Source of the DNA: an uncultured Candidatus Micrarchaeota archaeon
Lineage (GTDB): Archaea; Micrarchaeota; Micrarchaeia; Anstonellales; Bilamarchaeaceae
Assembly (NCBI GenBank): GCA_963723105.1
Contig: CAVRPK010000007.1
Span: forward strand, 37,461 to 101,460
Direction: 5' to 3'
DNA: 64,000 nt
Position 1 is the first letter of the stretch. Every line of letters starts with the position of its first letter. The position numbers and the translations under genes are program-made. Shown here one piece after another: positions 8,592 through 17,994 of the stretch. The notes beneath the pieces are model-generated. The model saw nothing but the letters and a program-made list of their open reading frames with translations, made no database searches and was not told the DNA's origin.

Positions 8592-9599
8592 ATGATCATT
8601 GGACTTACTGGAGAAAACTGCGCTGGCAAAAGCACAGTTGCAGAACATCTGAAGAAAAAAAGTTTCTATTTTTACTCGCTTTCAGATATAATTCGTGAGG
8701 AACTTAGAGCAGAAGGAAAGGCAATTACAAGAGAAAACTTAATAGAAAAGGGGAATGCTCTTAGGCAGGCACATGGACCTGGCGCACTTGGACTTCGCAT
8801 GGTTGAAAAGATCCAGGAAGACAAGAATTATGTAATTGACTCAATTAGAAATCCGGCAGAAGTAGAAGAACTAAAAAAATTAGGAAGATTTTATCTTATC
8901 CACGTAACTGCTCCTCAGGAAGTTAGATTTGTCAGGACCAAGAAAAGGCAGAGAGAAGAAGACCCTCAGACATTTGATGCTTTTGTTGAGATTGAAAAGA
9001 TAGAGATGGAAAATGAGGATAAAACAAAACAAAATCTCTTGGGGACATTTGCACTTGCAGATAAGAAAATCAATAATGCTGGAAGCATGGATAGGTTACA
9101 TGACCAGATAAATGCAACTCTAGCTGAGCTCTCAGATGAGTTTAAACTTATCAGGCCTAGCTGGGATGAATATTTTATGAGCATTGCAAAAGTCGTTGCA
9201 ACAAGATCCAATTGCATGAAAAGAAAAGTCGCAGCAATAATTGTCAAGGACAAACGAATTGTTTCGACAGGATATAATGGAACTCCAAGAGGGATAAAAA
9301 ATTGTTCTGATGGAGGATGTCCAAGATGCAATAATTTTACTGAATCTGGGAAAGGTCTTGAAGATTGTGTTTGCAGTCACGGAGAGGAAAACGCGATTGT
9401 TCAGGCAGCATACCATGGAATCAGTATCAAGAACACTACGATATATACAACATTTTCCCCATGCATCATGTGTACTAAGATGATCATCAATGCAGGAATC
9501 AAAGAAGTCGTGTACAATGTAGACTACCCAGTTGCAAGGGTTCCAATGGAATTGCTCGAGGAAGCCGGAATAAAAGTCCGTCAGCATAAAATTGAATGA
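8592..9599 (+). CDS. P-loop nucleotide kinase-like domain fused to dCMP deaminase
   Basis: Start MIIGLTGENCAGKS with a GGAGG SD; DSIRNPAEV. C-terminal RPSWDEYFM, TGYNG, HGEENA and PCIMC zinc motifs. Confidence 0.9.
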   Translation: MIIGLTGENCAGKSTVAEHLKKKSFYFYSLSDIIREELRAEGKAITRENLIEKGNALRQAHGPGALGLRMVEKIQEDKNYVIDSIRNPAEVEELKKLGRFYLIHVTAPQEVRFVRTKKRQREEDPQTFDAFVEIEKIEMENEDKTKQNLLGTFALADKKINNAGSMDRLHDQINATLAELSDEFKLIRPSWDEYFMSIAKVVATRSNCMKRKVAAIIVKDKRIVSTGYNGTPRGIKNCSDGGCPRCNNFTESGKGLEDCVCSHGEENAIVQAAYHGISIKNTTIYTTFSPCIMCTKMIINAGIKEVVYNVDYPVARVPMELLEEAGIKVRQHKIE

Positions 9600-9630
9600 T
9601 TTTTAAAAGCGCCCGCCTAAAATACAAATA

Positions 9631-9692
9631 GGCAGCGATGACGACACCGTCCCAGACTGATCAATGATGACAAGAGTAGCTACCGAGTTGCC
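9631..9692 (+). ncRNA. Box C/D methylation guide sRNA (predicted 23S G2251 and U2438, E. coli numbering)
   Basis: Terminal stem GGCA/TGCC; C GCGATGA 9635-9641; D' CTGA 9657-9660; C' ATGATGA 9664-9670; D CCGA 9683-9686. TTTTAAAA TATA about 25 nt upstream. Confidence 0.88.
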
Positions 9693-9796
9693 GTTTGATA
9701 CCTGATTTTATGAGATTCTAGAATAGAGAAGGGAAATATGGAATAGCCGCAAGGTATATTAGGGTTTTTTTCCAATAAATAAACGAGAGGTATATT

Positions 9797-10540
9797 ATGA
9801 AGTTAGTAATTCAGGAGGCCCCAGCGCTAAAATCCGCAATTGATTCTATTGTTTGTTTGGTCGAAGAGGGACAATTTGAACTTGGAAATGAAGGACTTAT
9901 TCTAAAGGCAATGGATCCATCACAGATTTCAATGGTATCATTTCGAATGCCTAAAGAGGCATTTGTCGAGTATAGCGTTCCAGAAGAAATGAAACTTGGA
10001 ATTGATATTGGACAGTTTGCAAATATTTTAGGAAGAGGAAAACGGGGGGAGAGAGTAGAGCTTTCAACAGAAGAAGGAAGACTGGTCGTAAGATTTCTCG
10101 GAGAAAAGCACAAGAGAACTTTCAAAATTCCATTAATAGAGACAGGGGACAGAGTACAGAAAGAGCCAAAGATCGAATTTGGAAACTATGCCATTGTAAA
10201 GGCAGACGCAATCAAAGAAACTCTCAAAGATGCAAAACTCATAAGTTCGCACGTGAGACTTCAGCTAACCCCAGAACAGTTTGTTGTTGATGTCAGAGGG
10301 GAAAATGGGGATGTTAGAGCTGAATTTGAAAAGGGAGGAAGCGAAGTTTCAGAAATCAAAACAGAAAATGGATCTAAGGCAACATTCCCGCTGCAATATC
10401 TAGAGGACATGGTAAAGGCAACTAATTCCAATTCTCAGGTAAAAATAAACCTAGAGACAGACAGACCGTTGAAGTTGGAATATGATATTGAAGGAGCACA
10501 CGTCGTGTATTTCCTTGCGCCAAGAATAGAGACAGATTAG
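9797..10540 (+). CDS. pcn: Proliferating cell nuclear antigen (DNA sliding clamp)
   Basis: KAMDPSQISMV and C-terminal YFLAPRIE; 247 aa; GAGG SD. Confidence 0.96.
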   Translation: MKLVIQEAPALKSAIDSIVCLVEEGQFELGNEGLILKAMDPSQISMVSFRMPKEAFVEYSVPEEMKLGIDIGQFANILGRGKRGERVELSTEEGRLVVRFLGEKHKRTFKIPLIETGDRVQKEPKIEFGNYAIVKADAIKETLKDAKLISSHVRLQLTPEQFVVDVRGENGDVRAEFEKGGSEVSEIKTENGSKATFPLQYLEDMVKATNSNSQVKINLETDRPLKLEYDIEGAHVVYFLAPRIETD

Positions 10541-10600
10541 GGGGATACACAGATTTATAAATACTTTGTGGCCTAAAATATATAAACGTAGTTAACCCAG

Positions 10601-11494
10601 GTGACCGGTAGGATGAAAAAAACGGAGTACTCAGAATTACATGTTCCAGATACTGCAGAAAGACTTACAGTTTTAGAAGCAGGAAAACGTGAGGATGAGC
10701 AATTGCCAGAGTTTACTAAAGAAGTTCCAATATCTTCAAAGAAAAAAGAATCAAAGGATATGGTAACCGTTGAATATGGATGGAATAAGAGCAGTTCGCC
10801 AAGCATTAGAATAAAGAAGATGGAATTTAGAGCAGGCGAAAGTCTTGCCGGGCTTTTTAGAGTTGCAGCAAGAGACGGAACTGACAGTATTAGTTTTGTA
10901 TATCAAAATACCACTTATATTTTAAGAAAAACAGTAAAGGAGATTGCCCAGGCCATCTACAATGCATATGGCAAGATCAAAGGAGCGCTTGAAAATATTG
11001 TAGGGTTCCTTCGAACTGAACTGGGAACAGATTATGTAATTTCCAAAGTAGATAGCGAATCTTGGGCTTTTGATTCAAGAATATCAAAAGGTGGAGTTCA
11101 CTATGTTGATGTAGATGGACTTGACAGAGAAAGCAAAAGCAGATTAGTTACACTTGTTACTGAAAAAATATCCGCACTACATTCTGATAATCTTATCATG
11201 GGGAGATTTACCCTCAACAATATTCTTCTTGGAGAAAATGATATGAAACTAACAGATCTTCGAAGAATGAGAGCATCTAGAAAAAGATCATATGTTATTG
11301 AGGAGTTCAAGAGCATCCTACAATATTTATTTTCTCTTGAGATAGCTTCAAGAGAAGATGTGTATGTATCTCTTGCATGCTATGCAGCTGAAAATGAAAA
11401 GAGCTGCGATGAATGGTATCAAAGCAAAACAGGAAAGAAAGCTTCTGATGAACTTGACATTGTTACAAGACTTGAAGAAGAGATTTATAGTTAA
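10601..11494 (+). CDS. Hypothetical protein with C-terminal kinase-like (pseudokinase) lobe
   Basis: ISALHSDNLIMGRFTLNNILL..MKLTDL resembles LH..IHGDL..NIL..IDF, but the catalytic Asp is replaced. Confidence 0.6.
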   Translation: MTGRMKKTEYSELHVPDTAERLTVLEAGKREDEQLPEFTKEVPISSKKKESKDMVTVEYGWNKSSSPSIRIKKMEFRAGESLAGLFRVAARDGTDSISFVYQNTTYILRKTVKEIAQAIYNAYGKIKGALENIVGFLRTELGTDYVISKVDSESWAFDSRISKGGVHYVDVDGLDRESKSRLVTLVTEKISALHSDNLIMGRFTLNNILLGENDMKLTDLRRMRASRKRSYVIEEFKSILQYLFSLEIASREDVYVSLACYAAENEKSCDEWYQSKTGKKASDELDIVTRLEEEIYS

Positions 11495-13779
11495 ACAGAT
11501 TCTACTTTTGTTTCTCCATTATTTTCTTTATCTCGAGTAAGTCTATAGTTTGATGCAAAATCAGATCCCATAAATGCTTCATCATGAGTGATAACAAAGG
11601 TTTGTTTGACTACTTCTGGAACTTTAAATTGAAGAGCAGATGATAACATCTCAACAGCCTGTGAATCCAAATTATGTGTTGGTTCATCAAGAATAAGCCA
11701 GCTGAGTTTTGGTGTGAGGACCATGGCAAGTGCAACACGTAATGTGAGCGCAGCACTAGCACGCTCGCCTCCGCTTGCAATAATATCAAGAGATTTCCAA
11801 GTCCCGTCATTAACTTCAAATAGATAATCTTTTTCACTAACAGACAAACGAAGAGCCTTGTAATTGTTGTACGGGTAAAAAATCGGCCAGATCTCATTCA
11901 TAGCACCATTAATTGCATCTGTAAGGCTGCTTCGAAGGCTTGTTTGGGTCTCAAGAAGAGCATTTTTGTAAATTAGAAGCTGATCCTCAAGTTCATACAA
12001 GTTCTGGATATCTAAGCTTATAGTACGAAGCAGATTCAGCTCCTCTGAAATGGATTTGAGATGATCTTTGGTAATTCTTTGCTCTGTTTCAAGCATTGTT
12101 TTGGATGAATTTAATTTCTCAAGATCGAGTTTGGCAGATTCGGTTTTGACTCGTATTGATTCAAATGCTTCTTTATCAAATAAAAGATGGGAAAGTTGGG
12201 ATTTTACTTCTGCAAGCTTTTTTGAAGTCTCTTCAAGAAGTTTGTTTTTCTTTAGTATATCCTCATATTTTGAGACTTCAAGACGTAGCTTTTCAGATTC
12301 TTTTCCAAGAACATCGGTAGTTTCTACTAAAGTACGTTTTTCAGAAAGAAAAATTGTTGATTGCTTTTCAAGTTCAAGTGCACGGGATTTCATTTTTTCT
12401 AAATCTACTGGAGTAATTGAACGGAGATTTTCAGAAAGAGAGGTGGCTTTGCGTATTTTTTCTTCAAGCAACTCGTTTTGTTTTTGATTTTGAGCTACAA
12501 GAGAAGATAGTTCTCCAATTCGCTTTTCTTTTTGTGAAATCAATTCTGCGCGCTCTTCTTTAATATGGGAAATTGATTGATCAGTGAGATTGCTTGAGCA
12601 AAGAGGGCACTTGGAAAGATCAGCTTTGAGTTTGGTGAGAAGCTCTCTGAGCTCTTCTATCTGCTGCTTTAGTGAGGTTAGTTCAGACTTGGATGAAAGA
12701 AGAGTTTGTGAAACTGTTTTTTGTTCGGTTTTGAGCGTTTCAATAGTCTTGCTATCAAGAACATCAGCAAGCTCTTTTTTCAGATTGTGGCAACGAGAAT
12801 TGGATTCGGCACCAGCCTTGAGATTTGCAGATATGGAACCGGTTTCTTTGGATAGATCAGAAATTTTTTGATCAAGAGATCTTAGAGAAAGGGAATGTTG
12901 TTCCTTCTGTTTTTGAAGAGATATGAGTTTTTCTTTTGCACTTTCAATAGCCATTTCGGGAATTGGGATGATTTGCTTTTCGATAGATGTGCACTCCGCA
13001 GAAAGAAAAATAGACTGTTTTTCAAGAGATTCAAATTTTTCTTTTTGGGCTTTCATGGAGTTAAAGGACTCAAGAAATGATGCAAGCTGCTTTTGATTTT
13101 CATCCAGAGCCTCAAGAAGCTCTCGAAGTTTGACTTCGAAGCTGGAAATTTTTTGAAGCTGCTCTTTTTCTTTGGATTCTATTTCAGAAAGTTTCTCTTT
13201 TGAAAATCTCTCTTCCAAGGTTTTCTTTTTTGTTCTGAATTTTCCTATAACAGTTACTATGTTTGATCTGGCCGTTTCAAACTTGTCAAGTCCAAGGAGG
13301 GTATCGATCTCCTGCTTTCTCCTTCTTGGATCCAAATTTAGAAAATATTCTATATTGTTCTGCTCGGAATAGATGGCACGGGTAAAAAGATCATAATCAA
13401 CATTAGTCAGATTTTCGATAAATGTTGTTACGGCAGAGGTTCCGTGCTCTACAAGAGAATTGTTTTTGAAGACCTCGGCTGTTGTAGTTGTTCCTCGTTT
13501 TGTCCGCTCTATTTCACGTTCAATTTTATAGGGTTCATCTTCCCAGTCAAACTCAAGAACAACTTTTGAATTTGCTTCATTAAAGCGCATCAGGTTTTCT
13601 AGTTTAAGTTTCCTTCTCTCAAGTGCTGGAAACGTACCAAATAGTGCGTAGCTGATGCCCTCTAGAATGCTGGATTTGCCAGCACCCATTATACCTATAA
13701 GAAGATTGGTGCCACTGCGAAACTCCAGAACTGAGTCTTTGTGAGACCTCCAATTAACAAGGCGAATAGATTTGAGCAT
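11491..13779 (-). CDS. Rad50/SbcC-type SMC-like ATPase
   Basis: Walker A GIMGAGKSS, Q-loop YSEQ, coiled coils with a central zinc hook CPLC, signature ASGGE, Walker B LILDEPT, ITHD. Confidence 0.92.
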   Translation of the reverse strand: MLKSIRLVNWRSHKDSVLEFRSGTNLLIGIMGAGKSSILEGISYALFGTFPALERRKLKLENLMRFNEANSKVVLEFDWEDEPYKIEREIERTKRGTTTTAEVFKNNSLVEHGTSAVTTFIENLTNVDYDLFTRAIYSEQNNIEYFLNLDPRRRKQEIDTLLGLDKFETARSNIVTVIGKFRTKKKTLEERFSKEKLSEIESKEKEQLQKISSFEVKLRELLEALDENQKQLASFLESFNSMKAQKEKFESLEKQSIFLSAECTSIEKQIIPIPEMAIESAKEKLISLQKQKEQHSLSLRSLDQKISDLSKETGSISANLKAGAESNSRCHNLKKELADVLDSKTIETLKTEQKTVSQTLLSSKSELTSLKQQIEELRELLTKLKADLSKCPLCSSNLTDQSISHIKEERAELISQKEKRIGELSSLVAQNQKQNELLEEKIRKATSLSENLRSITPVDLEKMKSRALELEKQSTIFLSEKRTLVETTDVLGKESEKLRLEVSKYEDILKKNKLLEETSKKLAEVKSQLSHLLFDKEAFESIRVKTESAKLDLEKLNSSKTMLETEQRITKDHLKSISEELNLLRTISLDIQNLYELEDQLLIYKNALLETQTSLRSSLTDAINGAMNEIWPIFYPYNNYKALRLSVSEKDYLFEVNDGTWKSLDIIASGGERASAALTLRVALAMVLTPKLSWLILDEPTHNLDSQAVEMLSSALQFKVPEVVKQTFVITHDEAFMGSDFASNYRLTRDKENNGETKVESV

Positions 13780-13833
13780 CAGACGATAATTTGAATGGAA
13801 GAGAATTAAAAACAAGGGGAACTAAAACAAGAC

Positions 13834-15339
13834 ATGAGCTTCAAAAAGGAACTTGAGAGACTTGTTGAAAATGCAGAAATCATATTTAACCCGTCAGAAG
13901 ATGAACTTCGAGAAATGGCTAAGGGAGAGGGGAAAGAAACCAAGTTTGGCAGTGTTTGCTATAAGACAAAACTAAAGGGAAGAAGCGCCAAGCATACCCA
14001 GGTAATAGAGGGCAAAGCAACAGAAGAACAAGTTCGAACAATTCAGAAAGTAGTGGAATATGTTGCAAACAAAAAACTTATCCAGCTCGACCGGCAGATG
14101 TGCCTTACAAAACCATTTTTCTGCAGGGCATATGTATCTGCAGAATATGCACACATAGCACAGATGTGGGGCATGATGCTATTCAAAGAAGTGAAAATTG
14201 ATCACCCGGATTTTATCACAGTTCAAATTCCAGAATGGCCAGAAACAAAAATTATTTGTGATCCTGAAGATAAAATTACATTTATTTTGGGTTCAGATTA
14301 TACGGGAGAGCTGAAAAAGGCAAACCTAAGGCTTGCAATGTTTGCAGCAAAGCAAAGAGGAGGACTTGGACTGCATGCTGGATCAAAATTAATCAGGGCC
14401 ATTGATGAGCAGGGAAGAATGCAAGAGAAAGGAGTGTTGCTCTTTGGTCTTAGTGCAACTGGAAAAACTACATTAACATGCCACCATCATTGGCTCGATG
14501 CACTAAAGAGAGAGGGAGTTGCAATACGCCAAGACGATGTTGTTCTCTTAGATACAGATTCCTCGTCAATTGGAACTGAAAAAAACTTCTACATCAAAAC
14601 AGATGGTCTTGAGGCAGAAAATCAAGGGGTTTTGTATGAAGCTGCAATAGGTAAAAAAGCATTGTTTGAAAATGTGGCAGTGCTTCCAGATGGAACCATA
14701 GATTTCTTTGACACAACAGATACTGCAAATGGAAGGGCAGTAGTTCCAAGAAATGAAATGAGACATACTGATCTAGATATTGATCTTCAAAAAACAGACA
14801 TTGTGCTTTTCATAACACGGAGAAATACGATTGTTCCTCCTGTTGCAAGACTTAATGCAGAGCAAGGAGCAGCATTCTTTATGCTAGGTGAATCAATTGG
14901 AAGCTCAGCCTCGGATGTGGATCCTGGAAAAACAAGGAGGGTAGTTGGAACAAATCCATTTATCATAGGCCCGCTGCATGAAGAGGGGAATCGATTCTAT
15001 GAGATATTAAAGAGAAACCCCAATATCAGATGTTTTCTCCTGAATACTGGAAAGATTGGTGAGGGAGGAACAAAAGAAACAGAAAAGATAACAGTAAGGG
15101 ATTCGGCATCCATAATCAGAGAAATAGCAAGAGAAAGTATCAAATGGAAAAAAGATCCAGATTGGGGCTACGAAGTTATGGAAAGCTGCCCAGGAATTGA
15201 TATTTCAAGACTGGAACCAAAGAACCACTATTCTCCTGAGGATTATCAAAAACTAACACAGGAGCTCAAAGATGAGAGGCAAAAGTGGCTGCACAAGTTC
15301 AAAGGCCTTTGCACTGAAATCCGAGAATGCATCCAATAA
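13834..15339 (+). CDS. pckA: Phosphoenolpyruvate carboxykinase (ATP)
   Basis: YTGELKK, LHAGSK, FGLSATGKTTL, QDD, NGRAV and LLNTG motifs. Confidence 0.9.
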   Translation: MSFKKELERLVENAEIIFNPSEDELREMAKGEGKETKFGSVCYKTKLKGRSAKHTQVIEGKATEEQVRTIQKVVEYVANKKLIQLDRQMCLTKPFFCRAYVSAEYAHIAQMWGMMLFKEVKIDHPDFITVQIPEWPETKIICDPEDKITFILGSDYTGELKKANLRLAMFAAKQRGGLGLHAGSKLIRAIDEQGRMQEKGVLLFGLSATGKTTLTCHHHWLDALKREGVAIRQDDVVLLDTDSSSIGTEKNFYIKTDGLEAENQGVLYEAAIGKKALFENVAVLPDGTIDFFDTTDTANGRAVVPRNEMRHTDLDIDLQKTDIVLFITRRNTIVPPVARLNAEQGAAFFMLGESIGSSASDVDPGKTRRVVGTNPFIIGPLHEEGNRFYEILKRNPNIRCFLLNTGKIGEGGTKETEKITVRDSASIIREIARESIKWKKDPDWGYEVMESCPGIDISRLEPKNHYSPEDYQKLTQELKDERQKWLHKFKGLCTEIRECIQ

Positions 15340-15393
15340 CACCTATGATCGGCCAAATGAACAGAATTAAAAGACAAAAGATCATAATTAGTC

Positions 15394-15524
15394 TGTGGAT
15401 GATGATCAAGGTGATCACTGAGTCTAGCCCTAAGCTAGTGTTTGATTAGTATGTCAGTATTAATCAGACCAGGGGAAACCCGGCCACGGCAAAAACGGTG
15501 AAGGTTGACGTGCGGTCTGACACA
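15394..15524 (+). ncRNA. Elongated (about 130 nt) box C/D RNA with 76-nt structured insert; guides to 16S C1402 region and 16S 3' end
   Basis: Stem TGTG/CACA; C ATGATGA 15399-15405; guide TCAAGGTGATCA; D' CTGA 15418-15421; C'-like GTGAAGG 15498-15504; guide TTGACGTGCGGT; D CTGA 15517-15520. AATTAAAA TATA-like about 25 nt upstream. Confidence 0.82.
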
Positions 15525-15612
15525 AAATACATGTTCGCTTTGGAATATTAGGAGTTAGTTCTGGCTCTTCCATGCACAGCAGATTTTTATATTGTTAAAG
15601 GAAATTGACTTC

Positions 15613-16287
15613 ATGGATGCGACTGCATTGAAGAAGAAAATCTTTCTTGCTTTATTAGCAACACCAGTTATCCTGGGGATTTTTCTATTTGGACCGGCTG
15701 GCACCCTCGACTACTGGCAGGCCTGGGTATATATCGCGATATTGGTTGTGCCTGCTTCTTTTGTAGTTCTCTATTTCCTGAAAAAGGACCCGGCATTCTT
15801 GGAGCGGAGAATGAGAACAAAGGAAAGTGAGGCCAGGCAGGGGCTCATCATCAAAGTATCAGCGTTGATGTTCATAATTGCCTTCCTCATCCCAGGATTT
15901 GATTACCGTTTTGGATGGTCTCTTGTGCCACATGAAATTTCCATCGTCGCAGATGTTTTTGTCTTCCTAGGGTACTTGCTAATCTTTTTGGTGTTCAGGG
16001 AAAACAGTTACGCTGGGCGCACAGTCCAGGTCGACAAAGGCCAGAGAGTCATATCAACCGGACCATATTCTGTTGTCAGGCATCCGATGTATGTTGGGAC
16101 ACTGGTCATGTATATGGCAACCCCAATTGCACTTGGCTCTTATGTAGCTGTGCCCGCATTTATTCTGCTTATCCCAGTTATAGTATTGCGCATTTTGAAT
16201 GAGGAGGAAGTGCTCAGGCGCGACCTGCCTGGATATGTGGAATACTGCAGAAAAACAAGATACCGTCTGATTCCTTTTATATGGTGA
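15613..16287 (+). CDS. Isoprenylcysteine carboxyl methyltransferase family membrane protein
   Basis: ENSYAG..Q.VISTGPYSVVRHPMYVG, RILNEEEVL and Y..YC.KTRYRLIPFIW. Confidence 0.92.
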   Translation: MDATALKKKIFLALLATPVILGIFLFGPAGTLDYWQAWVYIAILVVPASFVVLYFLKKDPAFLERRMRTKESEARQGLIIKVSALMFIIAFLIPGFDYRFGWSLVPHEISIVADVFVFLGYLLIFLVFRENSYAGRTVQVDKGQRVISTGPYSVVRHPMYVGTLVMYMATPIALGSYVAVPAFILLIPVIVLRILNEEEVLRRDLPGYVEYCRKTRYRLIPFIW

Positions 16288-16404
16288 ACCATAATTGCCA
16301 AGCTTCCAAAATGAGCGCAAAACCTCGCCTACGTGTGATCTGTTATAGTTTTTCTGGGCTGAAGAGACAGAAAGGAATTAAATCATGATTACCGATTCTG
16401 GACT

Positions 16405-17001
16405 ATGAACTCTCGGATTCTCATTATACCAATATTTCTTGTGTTTTTGCTACTTTATGGCTGCACCAACCCAGTCAATGAAAAAATTGACCAGGCAATA
16501 GATAGTAACAATCCTGCATTGTGTAATGACCTTGAGGAAAAGGACGATGTCAACGAATGTTTTGCCGAAGTTGCCAGCAAGATGGAAAACCCGAATGTGT
16601 GCCTCCAGGCTGCTGACAGAAACAACTGTGTAGGAAAATATGCATCGGATAAAAGGAGCTTGAAATACTGTGACCTTAGTTCAGATGAAGCTGCAAAATA
16701 CAGTTGCATCCTTAAAGTTACAGGAGACCAAACTGGCAGGGCCCTCGATGAAATACTCTCTGACTGGAGAGCAACCGGCACAGTAAAAAAATGCAGGGAA
16801 GGCTGTACAGCAACTGAATCATCATGCAAGGAATCGTGCTACAATATTATGAAAAGCGAGGAGGCAGGTTGTCTTGCAACACACAAACCAGGCTCTGATG
16901 ATCATTATTGGTGCGATGACGCTGCGAAAAAGAAGAAAAATGACTGCTTCTTGGTCTGCTATGATAACGAAGACGACTGCAAGAAAAACTGCGATCAGTG
17001 A
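16405..17001 (+). CDS. Cysteine-rich lipoprotein
   Basis: Lipobox LLLYGC; repeated C-x9-10-C helical units, then Cx3C-spaced repeats. Confidence 0.75.
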   Translation: MNSRILIIPIFLVFLLLYGCTNPVNEKIDQAIDSNNPALCNDLEEKDDVNECFAEVASKMENPNVCLQAADRNNCVGKYASDKRSLKYCDLSSDEAAKYSCILKVTGDQTGRALDEILSDWRATGTVKKCREGCTATESSCKESCYNIMKSEEAGCLATHKPGSDDHYWCDDAAKKKKNDCFLVCYDNEDDCKKNCDQ

Positions 17002-17188
17002 TGGCCCTGTGCCAAAATTAACTGGTTCCTGTGCTTTAGGAAAGAGAAGAGGCATATTGCAGCTGGGTCAGATCCAAGCATGACAATTCTGAAGAAAGGA
17101 AGCTCCACCAACGAATAATCAGGTTTCTTATATTAGGCATGTTTTTACTTGTTTTCATTCGTAAATTTTTAGAAAGCGAGGTGAAACA

Positions 17189-17818
17189 ATGAGAATGATA
17201 TATAGTTTATTGATTTTTGTATTTTGCTCAAGCATGCTGCTAGGATGCGTAACCAGCTCAGAAACAACTGTAGATGGAGATGTAGTTGTTGAAACTGATA
17301 GTGAAGATACTCAAAACGCAGAGGACAATACTCAGGAAGTAGATGAAGATACTACTCCGGTTGAAGAGGTTCCAGTTGAAGAAGAACTCCCAAGAGGAAG
17401 AAGATTCTGGAACTGAAGAAACTGCACCTGCTTCGGGAGAAGTAGACTGGGGAGCAGAATGCGAAGATGATTATGATTGCGCATGGGCAAAAGATGAAGA
17501 ATGCGAATATGGATTCTGTGTTACCCAGGAATGTGTCTTTTCAACTTCTTGTCCAGAAGGAAACCACTGTTTCAACGGCAACTGTTATTCAGAAGCAGAG
17601 CTCTATGAAGAATTTCCAAGTGTACTGTGGACATGATGCACTGTGAAATAGATTGCCAAACTTGCGAAGCAGGACAACGAGACTGTATACTGACTGGGCA
17701 TGGTGATGGCGATGTATCTGTAGAATACCATATCTGCGTTGAGTGTACTAGCGACATGGGTTGCAGTGAAGGAAATGTTTGTGTTGACAGCTACTGCGTC
17801 CCAGGACCAAACCAATAA
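17189..17818 (+). pseudogene. Cysteine-rich acidic lipoprotein split by two compensating frameshifts (or sequence errors)
   Basis: GAGGTG SD and lipobox MLLGC. Coding sense passes from ORF 17189 to ORF 17343 at about 17392 (+1) and to ORF 17627 at about 17617 (-1), giving one protein of about 209 aa with C.DDYDC/CTSDMGC repeats. Confidence 0.7.
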
Positions 17819-17994
17819 TTTTTATTTTTAATTTTTTTACAAGAATCGAATTAGTTAATAAAAACAAAGGAAAATATAGAGAACATGGATGGAAACAGAG
17901 TCTTGGATTCACAAAAATCCTTCTTTTTGTAGGGATTCTTATTCTCACATACGGATGTGTCCAAGAAAGCATCTCACCAGAGAGGCTTGAGGGA

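Noticed and set aside
15481-15520. Resemblance to group II intron domain V (CGGTGAAGGTTGACGTGCGGTC), or to SRP/RNase P/cobalamin/SAM riboswitch motifs
   Set aside because: It lacks the AGC/CGC triad strand, the SRP AGCAG motif and the RNase P/riboswitch cores. The C/D box layout with rRNA-matching guides explains it better.
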